DNA of 64,000 nucleotides from Candidatus Bathyarchaeota archaeon (GCA_963815095.1 CAWFFH010000003.1:1344001-1408000), one strand, 5' to 3'. Shown: positions 40,538-49,987, counted from the first letter of the stretch. Notes: generated by a model not told the origin, from the sequence alone. Program-made: numbers and translations.

Positions 40538-41110
40538 CTAATATTTCAGTTGGGCATACCTGAAGCAGCAGACTAAGTGGTCGTTTACTAACCCAGCAGC
40601 TTGCATGAAAGCGTAGCATATGGTGGGACCAACAAATTTGAAGCCCCTCATTTTCAGTTCGCAACTCATCGCTCTGGATAGCTCTGTCTCGGCTGGCACT
40701 TCAGAAAAATCGTTGAAGACATTCTGAACGGTTTTTCCATCTACGAACTTCCAGATGAACTTATCAAAGGAGCCGAATTCTTTTTGGATCTTAAGAACCT
40801 GCTGCGCATTAGTTATGGTCGCCAAGATTTTGGAACGGTTCTTAACTACACCAGGCGCTACCATTAAACGCTCAACATTGTGGTCACTGTACTCTGCAAT
40901 TTTTTTTGGTTCAAAGCCGTCAAATGCCTTCCTGAACATTTCTCGCCGGTCCAAAATCAGCCACCAAGACAATCCCGCCTGAAACGCATCCAAAACCAAA
41001 AACTCAAACAACTTCACATCATCGTGGACAGGAACGCCCCATTCTTCATCGTGGTACCTCAGATAGAGGGGCTTGTCAACGTTCCAACATCTCTTTAGCG
41101 GCGCAGTCAT
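40538..41110 (-). CDS. tag: DNA-3-methyladenine glycosylase I
   Basis: YHDEEWG, FQAGLSW, FKFVGPTICYAFMQAAGLVNDH. Confidence 0.92.
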   Translation of the reverse strand: MTAPLKRCWNVDKPLYLRYHDEEWGVPVHDDVKLFEFLVLDAFQAGLSWWLILDRREMFRKAFDGFEPKKIAEYSDHNVERLMVAPGVVKNRSKILATITNAQQVLKIQKEFGSFDKFIWKFVDGKTVQNVFNDFSEVPAETELSRAMSCELKMRGFKFVGPTICYAFMQAAGLVNDHLVCCFRYAQLKY

Positions 41111-41141
41111 GGTTTGTTCACCCTTAAAGCAGAGTTAAAAG

Positions 41142-41693
41142 CTACTTGAGTTCTTTTCCTATACTCCAAGCTTTGGCGAATTTTTTGCCCAACCCATAGT
41201 AGCTCTGGTCATTCATAACAAACAAAATAGGCTGCACCTTCTCAAAATCTACCTCACCGTCAGTTAGGACTGATTCGTCGCAGAAGGTGTTTACAATTTT
41301 GCCAATGAATATATCGTGGCTTGGGAAATCAACAGTTTTTACAAGTTCGCATTCCATGTTGATGCTGCATTGTTCAATCATGGGGGCAGTTTTGAGTTTT
41401 CCATAGAACGTTTTGAAAATGGCTGCTTTGTTCTCGGTTTTTCCTGAAACTAAGCCACAGTGGTCGGTTTCTTTAACCATCGCTGTGGATGGTATGTTGA
41501 TGCTGAAGGTTTTGGATGCTTTAATGCCTCCGTTTGTGTAGTGGCGTTTGTTCATGCCAAGCGAAACCGACTCAAGTTCCATAATGCCCATATGCGCTAT
41601 GGTGACGTAATTGGGTTTTCCACCAACCAAAGCTCCAATAAGAGTGGTCGGCATTGGATAAAGACAGTTTTTTGCACCAAGTTCAATCTTCAT
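41142..41693 (-). CDS. Flavin reductase family protein (flavoredoxin-like)
   Basis: LYPMP, CGLVSG, APMIEQC, HDIFIG. Confidence 0.85.
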   Translation of the reverse strand: MKIELGAKNCLYPMPTTLIGALVGGKPNYVTIAHMGIMELESVSLGMNKRHYTNGGIKASKTFSINIPSTAMVKETDHCGLVSGKTENKAAIFKTFYGKLKTAPMIEQCSINMECELVKTVDFPSHDIFIGKIVNTFCDESVLTDGEVDFEKVQPILFVMNDQSYYGLGKKFAKAWSIGKELK

Positions 41694-41897
41694 TATTTAA
41701 ACCTCAAAAAATTCTTGCCTATTGAAAAGTGTTTTTCTTAGTATTTTAAGTAAGCGACGAATAACGCCAATTGCTTGTTCATCTATTAATGTTAAGACTG
41801 TGTTTACAGGATTTTCTCAACTATAACTAATAAAGAACTAGCGGCTTTTTTTTGAAACTCTTATATACGCCATTTGATAATTTCTCTGTTGAGTGTC

Positions 41898-42206
41898 ATG
41901 GCTGAAGTTTGTTCAACGTGTGGACTACCTAAAGACCTTTGCGTTTGTGGAGAAATAGAGAAAGAGCAACAGCGCATTCGTATACGTCTTGAAACCCGAA
42001 AATTCGGCAAAGCAACTACCATTATCGATGGCATGGATGATAAGAATTCGAATTTGACAAGCATTGCTCAAAAACTCAAAACATACTGTGCATGCGGCGG
42101 AACCCACAAAAACGGGCAAATCATGCTCCAAGGCGACCACCGCGACCGCGTACGCGATTTCCTTGTTAAGATGGGTTATCCACAAGAAAACATCGAACTA
42201 CAATAA
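41898..42206 (+). CDS. sui1: Translation initiation factor SUI1 (aIF1)
   Basis: MAEVCSTCGLP...LKTYCACGGT...LQGDHR; probable start ATG 41898. Confidence 0.93.
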   Translation: MAEVCSTCGLPKDLCVCGEIEKEQQRIRIRLETRKFGKATTIIDGMDDKNSNLTSIAQKLKTYCACGGTHKNGQIMLQGDHRDRVRDFLVKMGYPQENIELQ

Positions 42207-42241
42207 TCGCGTAGTCCCCAAAGCAAGGTGAATGGTTCTTA

Positions 42242-42469
42242 ATGAAAAAGTCAGATGGCATCCGCGATATTCTTAAAAACACCAAACATCGAAAACCCAC
42301 CCAAATTTACTGTCCTCGATGTGCTAGCCCAAAAATCAAGTTGTCTAGTAGTTTAGATATTTGGTTAACTCCAAGGCAATACTACTGTGAAAACTGTGGT
42401 TACCTTGGCATAATTGTTATGGAACTCGAAGAAAAAAACGAAGATGAAAAAGAAAAAGAAGAAACTTAG
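42242..42469 (+). CDS. Small zinc-ribbon protein
   Basis: CPRC...CENCGY. Confidence 0.75.
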   Translation: MKKSDGIRDILKNTKHRKPTQIYCPRCASPKIKLSSSLDIWLTPRQYYCENCGYLGIIVMELEEKNEDEKEKEET

Positions 42470-42494
42470 ATTTGCTCAAATTAAGAAATATGCC

Positions 42495-43439
42495 CTAATC
42501 GGGCAATTCAAGATTTAATTGTTTTTTGAGTGTCTTGTAGCGGTTGCGCACTGTTACTTCGGTAACGCCGGCGGCTTCAGCGATGTCTTTTTGAGTTTTC
42601 TTCTCGTTGTTTTGCAGGCATGCAATGTATAGGGCAGCAGCAGCTAAACCCATCGGGTCTTTTCCTGCCGCAGCACGCTTTCGCCTTGCTTCACGAAGAA
42701 TTTGGATAGCTGCACCTTGAGTTTTGCCTGAGATGCCTGTTTTTTCAGCAATCTTTGACACGTATGTTAGTGGGTCAGCGATGGGCATATGAACGTCGAG
42801 TTCTCGCAATAGGAGTCTGTAGCATCTTGCAACATCTTTCTTGTCAACTAGGCTGGCTTCTGCGATTTCTCGGAGGGTTCTTGGGGTTCCGCTTCCACGG
42901 CACGCAGCATACAACGCGGCTGCGGCTATTGCTGCAATTGAGCGACCGCGAACTAAGCCTTTGTCGAGTGCTTTGCGGTAAACGACAGCGGCTTTTTCTT
43001 TAATTGGTGGAGGTATGTAGACTTTATCTGATAAGCGGTCAAGTTCAGCCATGGCTTGGGCAAGGTTGCGGTCAATGGATGAGTGAACTCTACTTCGAAT
43101 TTGCCATTTGCGAAGACGCCACATCTGCAGCCTAGTTGAAAGGGGCAGTTTTCTTCCAAACGCATCACGGTCCACTTGGCTGATGGCTGTGGATAAGCCT
43201 TTGTCATGAACGGAATAAGAAGTGGGAACTCCAACTCGGCTTCTGGAAGCTTTTTCTTCTTGGGTAAATGCGCGCCATTCAGGTCCTTTATCCATCATCT
43301 GCTCGTAGACGACCAGTCCGCAGTCGCCACATACGGTTTCTCCTGTATCGTAATCGTGAACTAAATTCTCGCTACCGCACTCTGGGCACTTGTCTTGCAA
43401 GCGCTGTGCTGTTTTGGGTGGTGTTTCTTTTTTGCTCAA
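42495..43439 (-). CDS. tfb: Transcription initiation factor IIB
   Basis: Zn ribbon CPECG...CGDCG, GPEWRAF, cyclin repeats, TEVTVRNRYK. Confidence 0.97.
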   Translation of the reverse strand: MSKKETPPKTAQRLQDKCPECGSENLVHDYDTGETVCGDCGLVVYEQMMDKGPEWRAFTQEEKASRSRVGVPTSYSVHDKGLSTAISQVDRDAFGRKLPLSTRLQMWRLRKWQIRSRVHSSIDRNLAQAMAELDRLSDKVYIPPPIKEKAAVVYRKALDKGLVRGRSIAAIAAAALYAACRGSGTPRTLREIAEASLVDKKDVARCYRLLLRELDVHMPIADPLTYVSKIAEKTGISGKTQGAAIQILREARRKRAAAGKDPMGLAAAALYIACLQNNEKKTQKDIAEAAGVTEVTVRNRYKTLKKQLNLELPD

Positions 43440-43811
43440 TCTCTCTACCTCGATTTTGCTATGCGTAGAACCGTCACCAAGGCCATTTGGCTAGAAAGTA
43501 GTATATTCGGCCCGCGCAAACTATGCAAAGGAACGGACCTAATATTTAAGATTTGTGGTTTATTAAACTTATTGCACATAATGGTTTCGAATTGCCCAAA
43601 ATATCAAAATTCGCATATGGAAAATAACATAAAAAAGTGTAAAAAAGATCATAACTGCGTGAGGAAAAACGTCACTTTATATCATAAATCTCAATCAATA
43701 ATCAAAGAAAACCTAATCAACTTCCACCGCCAACCGTCAGAACGCTTATTAACAAAAAAGCCACCCATAAACCTCTAACAATAAATAAAACAGTGCTAAT
43801 TGAAACCGTGC

Positions 43812-43884
43812 AGCCCGGTGGTGTAGTGGTCAAGCATAGAGGGCTTTGGACCCTTTGACGAGAGTTCGAATCTCTCCCGGGCTA
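43812..43884 (+). tRNA. tRNA-Gln(TTG), no intron, CCA not encoded
   Basis: AGCCCGG/CCGGGCT acceptor; GAGGG-CTTTGGA-CCCTT anticodon arm; GAGAG-TTCGAAT-CTCTC T-arm. Confidence 0.93.
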
Positions 43885-44092
43885 CTTTTCGCGCATCTTG
43901 AGTTGGAGTTTTTATTCAAACCATTAAGCGAGATTAAGATAATATTAGATCGAACATCAAAGGTCAAACCACCCCAAAGATAAGGCAGGTTTTAGATAAA
44001 CGGACCCGAGAGTTCGGGCGCGGACTTAGTATTAACTTCGAAAATTCGTCAATTAGATAGAATAAGATTCACGTTAACTTTACGATAACAGT

Positions 44093-45196
44093 TTAGATTT
44101 TCACTTTGCAAATTTCGTATACAATCAAATGCGGATATTTCAAGTAAAACCTGTATAAATGAGGATTTTCTTTTTCCAATTCAACACTTGGATTGGGCTC
44201 ATAAATCCTAAAAATAGCCAAGGAATTCTCGCTAAGAGCGCTCGTCATTTCATCAAGGGTAAACCAATGGTGCGGATTGTCTTTAGCATTGTACTCTATT
44301 TTGTAATTAGGCAAACGTCCATGAAAGCGTCCTTTGCTTGAGGAAGTTATGCCTTTCGCAAGTTGACCAAAAAACGGATGCGCCTCAATAATAAAAAATC
44401 GACCCTCATCTTTCATAACTCTTCTAATTTCGCTTAAAGCCTGAGTGAAATCCTTATGATTATGCATTTGTCTACAATAGTCAAAACTCACAATCGTATC
44501 TATCGCGACAATATAGTCAAACTTTTCAGACGGCACATTTTTTGCAAAATCAAGAAAATCCCCCTGCAAAAACTCTACATTTTCAAGTCCTAGTCTTTGC
44601 TTAAGTTCATTTGCTTTCGAAATCAGAAATGCACTTCTGTCAATTCCAGTTACGTGTGCTCCATGTTTGGCTAAAATCTTGGAAAAGTAACCTGGTCCAC
44701 ATCCAAAATCGAGGATTGTCTTTCCAGATATTTTTTCTTTTGTAAAAAATTGGGTAACGAAATTTTCTACACAATATTTGTAGTATACTCGGCTTTCAGG
44801 TCGTATGTCTGAAACGTCATCGTAAAATTTCATTTTAAACCATTTTTCCATAGTCCCTTGCTGCTCATCATATTCCTTCAAAGTCTCACCCATTGCAGTT
44901 GTTATTGAATTGTTGACAGCCGACGCCACCAGCTTATTGATGTTTTGCAGGGACATATTTGAACCATAATTGTCTATGATTTTTTCGCCAAATGCAGAAT
45001 TTAGCCATTCTTTGTACTCGGGCAACATTTTTTCGATGACTTCACGGACGGTTGATTGCAGTTTTGCATAAATTTCTGGATCTAACTTTTCAAAATATGG
45101 AAGTTTTTCCGAAGGTGCGTTCAGGCGTTGATTTTGTTTTTTGGTTTTTGTATGTCTTTTAGAGAGGGTTTTGGTTGTTGGTTTATTTTTAGGCAA
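44093..45196 (-). CDS. Class I SAM-dependent methyltransferase with an N-terminal precursor-like domain
   Basis: ILDFGCGPG, VTGIDRS, FLQGDF; residues ~31-108 are homologous to ORF 45376-45834. Confidence 0.88.
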   Translation of the reverse strand: MPKNKPTTKTLSKRHTKTKKQNQRLNAPSEKLPYFEKLDPEIYAKLQSTVREVIEKMLPEYKEWLNSAFGEKIIDNYGSNMSLQNINKLVASAVNNSITTAMGETLKEYDEQQGTMEKWFKMKFYDDVSDIRPESRVYYKYCVENFVTQFFTKEKISGKTILDFGCGPGYFSKILAKHGAHVTGIDRSAFLISKANELKQRLGLENVEFLQGDFLDFAKNVPSEKFDYIVAIDTIVSFDYCRQMHNHKDFTQALSEIRRVMKDEGRFFIIEAHPFFGQLAKGITSSSKGRFHGRLPNYKIEYNAKDNPHHWFTLDEMTSALSENSLAIFRIYEPNPSVELEKENPHLYRFYLKYPHLIVYEICKVKI

Positions 45197-45375
45197 AAAT
45201 AATCGCTGCTCTCTTTATGATCTCTCAAGATAATATTTATGTTTTTTTGCAGGATATGGAATCAAAAAGGAAACTGGCGGAATGCAAAGAAAAATGGTAG
45301 CCACTACACCTTTACTGCGTAAATGGTCGAGCGATTTTCAGTTAATGGCGTTCGGTTTCTGAACTGCGAAGCTTC

Positions 45376-45834
45376 TTATTTGAACTGCTCTTTCAAAGCT
45401 TGACGAATTGCTCCCATCATAGCCTCGTTGACAGCATTAACAACCTTGTCATCAATGTTTTTAGCTGGCGTGGGACATTGGTTGCTGCATGCACTGCACA
45501 ATTGTGTTGGGCAGTCATTTCCACATGAACTACACAGCTCTACTGGACAATCGTTTCCACATGAACTACAGATTTCTACCGGGCAATCGTCGGCTGCTAT
45601 CAATGAAGAATTTACCCATCGCTGATATTCCGGCAAAGTTTTTGCTACAGCATCACGTATTGTTGATTGCAGCTTTGCATACATTTTAGGATCCAGTCTT
45701 TCAATAGTTGGCATTTTTGCCAAAGTTTTCTGTAAACGCTTCTTTTGGGCTGGAGTCAATTTTTTTTCCAATGGAACAGCTTTTGATTTTTTTAAGGAAG
45801 AGTTGAGTATACGTTTATTTTTTGCCAAAAACAA
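45376..45834 (-). CDS. Putative RiPP precursor with a Cys-rich tandem-repeat core
   Basis: DCPVEICSSCGN-DCPVELCSSCGN-DCPTQLCSACSN-QCP (10 Cys) between helical segments; lies between the rSAM and MTase genes; start may be TTG 45828. Confidence 0.75.
   Translation of the reverse strand: MFLAKNKRILNSSLKKSKAVPLEKKLTPAQKKRLQKTLAKMPTIERLDPKMYAKLQSTIRDAVAKTLPEYQRWVNSSLIAADDCPVEICSSCGNDCPVELCSSCGNDCPTQLCSACSNQCPTPAKNIDDKVVNAVNEAMMGAIRQALKEQFK
45472..45588 (-). repeat. 36-bp tandem coding repeat (about 3.3 units)
   Basis: TTTCCACATGAACTACA recurs at 36-bp spacing; encodes the 12-aa Cys repeat. Confidence 0.85.
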
Positions 45835-45916
45835 TCACTACATTGAGGTATTAACTCGCTTTATTTAATGTTTATTGTGAAGTAAAGTTGGGGGCTGGAT
45901 TATTGGACAGAATTCT

Positions 45917-47332
45917 TCAACCGTTGGCTTCTGAACATTGGTTTTTTTGAGATTCCAGCAAGAAATTGTATGAAATTAGGAGCTTTAGTATTTCATTTTG
46001 AAAAGCACAGAAGTAGTCTTCTTTTATGCCAAGTTGGCCAGTTTTAACATAGATATCGTAGGCGCATCCTCCGCCGCAAATTCCAATCGCCGCACATCGC
46101 ATGCAATCTTTATTTTTTAGAGTGCCTATTTCCAGCCATTTGTGAAATAATGGTTCTTCTTGAATTTTCAAATCATCTTTAATTGGAATTTGACATTTAC
46201 CCGACGGATAGAACGCATGACATGGTCCGACTGTTCCGGTTGGCGAAAAAAATAGTAGCTGACCAAAGGCTGGGCAATCATATATGTGAAATATTTCTTT
46301 GAAAAAATAATTTGCTCGCCGATTATCAATGCGATCTTCAAACATGTGTAATTCTTTTGCTCTCAAGTAGGCCGCAAAAAGATGATGCGCAAGCTTTTTG
46401 GGATCTGGCACCTCAAATTCGGTTGGCTCTTTAAGTCTGGTTAACAAGTTGAAGCCTATGGTTCTGATTCCCAGTTTTTGGATAAACTCTATTATTTCTT
46501 CTGCGTGCTCATAGTTCTGTTTTGTGATTGTGCATGATATTCCTATATTTAAGCCTGCTTCTTTCAGAAGAGCCAACGCTTTAAGTGCTGAATAGAAGGT
46601 TTCTTTTCCATCGGTGAAAACGCGGTTTCTATCAATGTTGGCCCATCCGTCAAGCGACAATCCAACGGCAACGTCGTGTTTTTTAAGTTTTTTAGCTATC
46701 TCTTCGGTTATTAGGCTCCCATTTGTTACGCAGGAAAACAGGAATTTCTTAGATGCCTGCTCGAGCTTCTCAATAATGTAGAAAACAATTTCGCTGTTGC
46801 TAAACGGCTCTCCCCCATAAAATGTAACCCTGAATTCTGGAACTTGCTTTGCCTCGTTGATTAGAACATTTATGACTTTATCCGCTAAATCCTTGGACAT
46901 CACTGTACTTGGTCTTTTCAGATTGTTTTCTATAAAACAGTAACCGCACCTGAAATTGCAGAAGTCAGTCACCAAAATATAGCCAAGGCTAGGTTGGGGG
47001 CTTTTCCTAAGCAAGCTGGCAGCAACGGCATCAAACACTTTTTTCGCATCAAAACCCCGAGGGACAACAAATTTTAGTTCAATTAACTCCTTGATGTCGC
47101 TACTGCGGATTCCGCTGCTTAGATCTGCCAAAATCTTTTCGTACTTTTTGTTGGTTAAATATATTTTTTTGAGAGTTAAAGAATTGAAAAGGCACTTCGT
47201 TGATTCATCAATATCGAACAGGTGGACAAACGGCGAAAGAATTAACTGGGCAGACTCTTCTCGGAGCATTTGCTTAGAAGGCTGGTTCTTATTTATAATC
47301 TCATTAACATCTTTAGACTGTTTTTTGCTCAT
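45917..47332 (-). CDS. Radical SAM/SPASM peptide-maturase-like enzyme
   Basis: CNFRCGYC, FYGGEP, VTNGS, SLDG; SPASM cysteines CPAF...GPC...CMRCAAIGICGGGC...C; ~100-aa N-terminal extension (possible RRE). Confidence 0.9.
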   Translation of the reverse strand: MSKKQSKDVNEIINKNQPSKQMLREESAQLILSPFVHLFDIDESTKCLFNSLTLKKIYLTNKKYEKILADLSSGIRSSDIKELIELKFVVPRGFDAKKVFDAVAASLLRKSPQPSLGYILVTDFCNFRCGYCFIENNLKRPSTVMSKDLADKVINVLINEAKQVPEFRVTFYGGEPFSNSEIVFYIIEKLEQASKKFLFSCVTNGSLITEEIAKKLKKHDVAVGLSLDGWANIDRNRVFTDGKETFYSALKALALLKEAGLNIGISCTITKQNYEHAEEIIEFIQKLGIRTIGFNLLTRLKEPTEFEVPDPKKLAHHLFAAYLRAKELHMFEDRIDNRRANYFFKEIFHIYDCPAFGQLLFFSPTGTVGPCHAFYPSGKCQIPIKDDLKIQEEPLFHKWLEIGTLKNKDCMRCAAIGICGGGCAYDIYVKTGQLGIKEDYFCAFQNEILKLLISYNFLLESQKNQCSEANG

Positions 47333-47520
47333 TTACCCACCTAAAAACAATGCCATCTTAAATGTCCCTAAACTAACAAATTATTAAAATCTTTCCTAAA
47401 ATCTCAATGGCGGCACTTTTAATCCATATTCAGATCAGCTTTAAAACTCTAGAATCCAAAAAACACGACAAGTTATGAAGCGACAAGACATAAAAGCAAC
47501 TAAAGGACCTGTCTAGAAAC

Positions 47521-47988
47521 ATGAAGAATATAGACCAACCCAAGGGTGAGTCTCCATCCCAGCTTATAGACGCAAGAATCCAGCAGCTAGGCGACTGGCG
47601 CGGAGAAATGCTTTCCCGCATCCGCGCTTTGATCAAGCAAGCCGACCCTGATGTCGTGGAGGAAGTAAAGTGGATAAAACCCACCAATCCATTGGGAGTT
47701 GCGGTTTGGTCTCACAAAGGGTTGATTTGCACCGGTGAAGTCTACAAAAATGCCGTAAAGATGACCTTCCCCAGCGGTGCTTCTTTGAGCGACCCTTCGG
47801 GTCTTTTCAGCTCCTGTCTCGAGGGTAGCGCGAGGCGTGCAATTGATTTCCACAAGGGTGAAAAAGTCAATGAGGAGGCCCTGAAGGCTCTTATTCGTGC
47901 AGCGTGGCGCACAACATCTCCTCTAACTGAGCCAGATAAAGAGAAAGGTGTATGTAAATTCCCTGCTCATTTAAGATTGTTGTCTTAG
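47521..47988 (+). CDS. DUF1801 (YdhG-like) protein with a frameshifted C-terminus
   Basis: DWRGEML...ADPDVVEEVKW...RRAIDF...ALIRAA; a shifted frame continues VAHNISSN-stop at 47928-47930. Confidence 0.8.
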   Translation: MKNIDQPKGESPSQLIDARIQQLGDWRGEMLSRIRALIKQADPDVVEEVKWIKPTNPLGVAVWSHKGLICTGEVYKNAVKMTFPSGASLSDPSGLFSSCLEGSARRAIDFHKGEKVNEEALKALIRAAWRTTSPLTEPDKEKGVCKFPAHLRLLS

Positions 47989-48303
47989 CCCAACCACGTT
48001 TCCGTCAACGTCCTTGACCTGAGCTATCAATAAACGGCCACCTACGTCCTTAACATCTTGTACAACAACAGCACCGACCTTAACCATTGCTTGGAGACTG
48101 CTTTTGATATCCTTTACATCAGTGTAAGCAATGGGTCCCATCTTAGAGTTAGGGTCTAAGCCGACTTCCATGTTGCCAACCTTATAGCCTACATAGTAGG
48201 GGCTTGCGACATACGGTTCGGCGTCTAAAAACTTGCTATAAAATGCTTTAGCTTTTTCTACATCTTTAACCGGATAGACAATAAGTTTAATGTTTTGTGA
48301 CAT
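47971..48303 (-). CDS. VOC/glyoxalase family protein
   Basis: YPVKDVEKAKAFY...DVDGNVVGL. Confidence 0.85.
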   Translation of the reverse strand: MSQNIKLIVYPVKDVEKAKAFYSKFLDAEPYVASPYYVGYKVGNMEVGLDPNSKMGPIAYTDVKDIKSSLQAMVKVGAVVVQDVKDVGGRLLIAQVKDVDGNVVGLRQQS

Positions 48304-48804
48304 ATTATATCTCCACTAAAATTAATGACTAATAACTGTACAATCAATTTGCTTGATAAAGTTATTGTTAATGAGACAAACCATTCCCGCAGCAAACCTG
48401 GAAATAGTTAACATTTAGAAGGAGAAAAACGGGTTAATTTCTGCTGAATCTGCTGTTTTTCTTCTTTCAATTTAATGTCACCGGTTTACAAAAACAACAA
48501 TGCATGCCATCCTAATTTGTCCACAGATCTTCCCAAAATCAAAAACTGAATGTTAGAAGTAGTCGTCTAGGAGATTTGCTTAGACAACTACTACCAGATA
48601 CAGAAATTAAATTAGAAGCAGCTCGTTAACTGTTAGACGAAGTGCAATTTTTTCAACTTCCTTCTTCTTTTTAAGATATTTCTCCTTTTCTCAAATTTCG
48701 AGGATGTCGATCAGCTCTGTATCTTTTTTTTAAATTTTTCCAGCAAAATAGTTGGAAATAAGCAGAAGGTAGAAAAACAATCTCCCACATACTCTTAGTC
48801 TTAG

Positions 48805-49365
48805 GTGTTCAAGTTGGCGTTGGATTGTTTTCTGCCTGACAAAACGATTCTTATAGACGCTTCAGGATGGAGCGACCTCTTACTAGGCGTTGTGGTAGGT
48901 GCACTAAAACCCCCCCACCCAATGCTCATGGAGCGACGAATTCCTACCGCGTCCTTTCAGCCTCCTAACTTTAAAAACAAAAAATACTTAGAAGACGCCA
49001 TAAAAATCGCCAACGAAATCATCACCGTAATGCAGCCGGACGCTGAAACATGCTTCAAAGTTTGCACAGAATACGTCTTATCCAGCGTGGCCTTGTACTT
49101 AGAAAGTCAAGGGTTCAAAGTTACAAGAGTTGAATCCACCGGCGAGCTCAAACCGTTGGTTGACCAAGCCTACATAAGATGGTGTGTAGAAAAAGGCGTG
49201 CCCGAGGAGATCCTGAAGGATAAACGGCGTTTTTGGGTATTTCTGGATTGGGTTGCTGAAAATCCTCATCTAAGGGAGGGGCTTGTGAAGACTGGGTGGG
49301 CAAGCTGGGAACAAAAATGGCGCGAAGAAATATACAAAAACCCTAAACTAACTCGACCAAAATAA
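48805..49365 (+). CDS. Conserved hypothetical protein, possible RNase-H-like fold
   Basis: ILIDASGWSDLLLGVVVG resembles the first strands of RNase HII-type proteins. Confidence 0.55.
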   Translation: MFKLALDCFLPDKTILIDASGWSDLLLGVVVGALKPPHPMLMERRIPTASFQPPNFKNKKYLEDAIKIANEIITVMQPDAETCFKVCTEYVLSSVALYLESQGFKVTRVESTGELKPLVDQAYIRWCVEKGVPEEILKDKRRFWVFLDWVAENPHLREGLVKTGWASWEQKWREEIYKNPKLTRPK

Positions 49366-49366
49366 T

Positions 49367-49987
49367 TTGATTCAGAAACCTTTCGTGACAGCCATGGCTA
49401 AAACAAAGAAAATAATAGGGCACAATCAAACATCCAAACAATTAACCCTCGACCATCTGCCTAATACACCAAAGCATGAATCCACCGAAACCACAGCGCA
49501 AGTTCAAGAGAAAAGAATAATCATTACTGAAGTTGGTACCGTAACTAAAGAGGATGAGTTAGCCGTAAAAATAAGCTTCAAACTCTTTCCCTCAAAAACT
49601 GCATTTTCAAGAGTGCAGTCAGATTTATCGTTTGATAACCCAAAAATCAGTTCCGTTCCGGTTAGGATTCCTCAGGGGCCTTTATCGGCAGACGAGTTTG
49701 AACTAACGCCCGTGCTGGATATGAAAGGAGTACCTGCAGGAGTTCATAACATAAGAGTAGAAATGTATGAGTTGTGGTCTTCAGGTGAGAGGCTTTCCGA
49801 AGCCGCCAAGGAAGTGAATGAGGATTATGTGCCTCAAACCCGCGAATCCAAGTTCGTTAAAGTTCCAATTGTTAAAAGTGTTGCAGGGGCTGATTTAGCG
49901 GTGGTCTCTGAATCCGAGAGGGAAGTTTATCGAGAAATTGAAAAAACAATGAAAAAGGAGCAATTAAGCCAACGGGACGACTGGTAG
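49367..49987 (+). CDS. Hypothetical protein
   Basis: 206-aa ORF directly downstream of the previous gene. Confidence 0.6.
   Translation: MIQKPFVTAMAKTKKIIGHNQTSKQLTLDHLPNTPKHESTETTAQVQEKRIIITEVGTVTKEDELAVKISFKLFPSKTAFSRVQSDLSFDNPKISSVPVRIPQGPLSADEFELTPVLDMKGVPAGVHNIRVEMYELWSSGERLSEAAKEVNEDYVPQTRESKFVKVPIVKSVAGADLAVVSESEREVYREIEKTMKKEQLSQRDDW

Noticed and set aside
44002-44020. GGACCCGAGAGTTCG resembling part of tRNA-Gln (possible att copy)
   Set aside because: Short, needs a gap to align, lacks the acceptor end; could be chance or a small hairpin
45376-45834. Cys-rich protein as a ferredoxin or cytochrome c
   Set aside because: Cys spacing fits neither CxxCxxCxxxCP nor CxxCH
48600-48740. 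Minus-strand Lys/Glu-rich fragment
   Set aside because: Interrupted by stops and no family is recognisable
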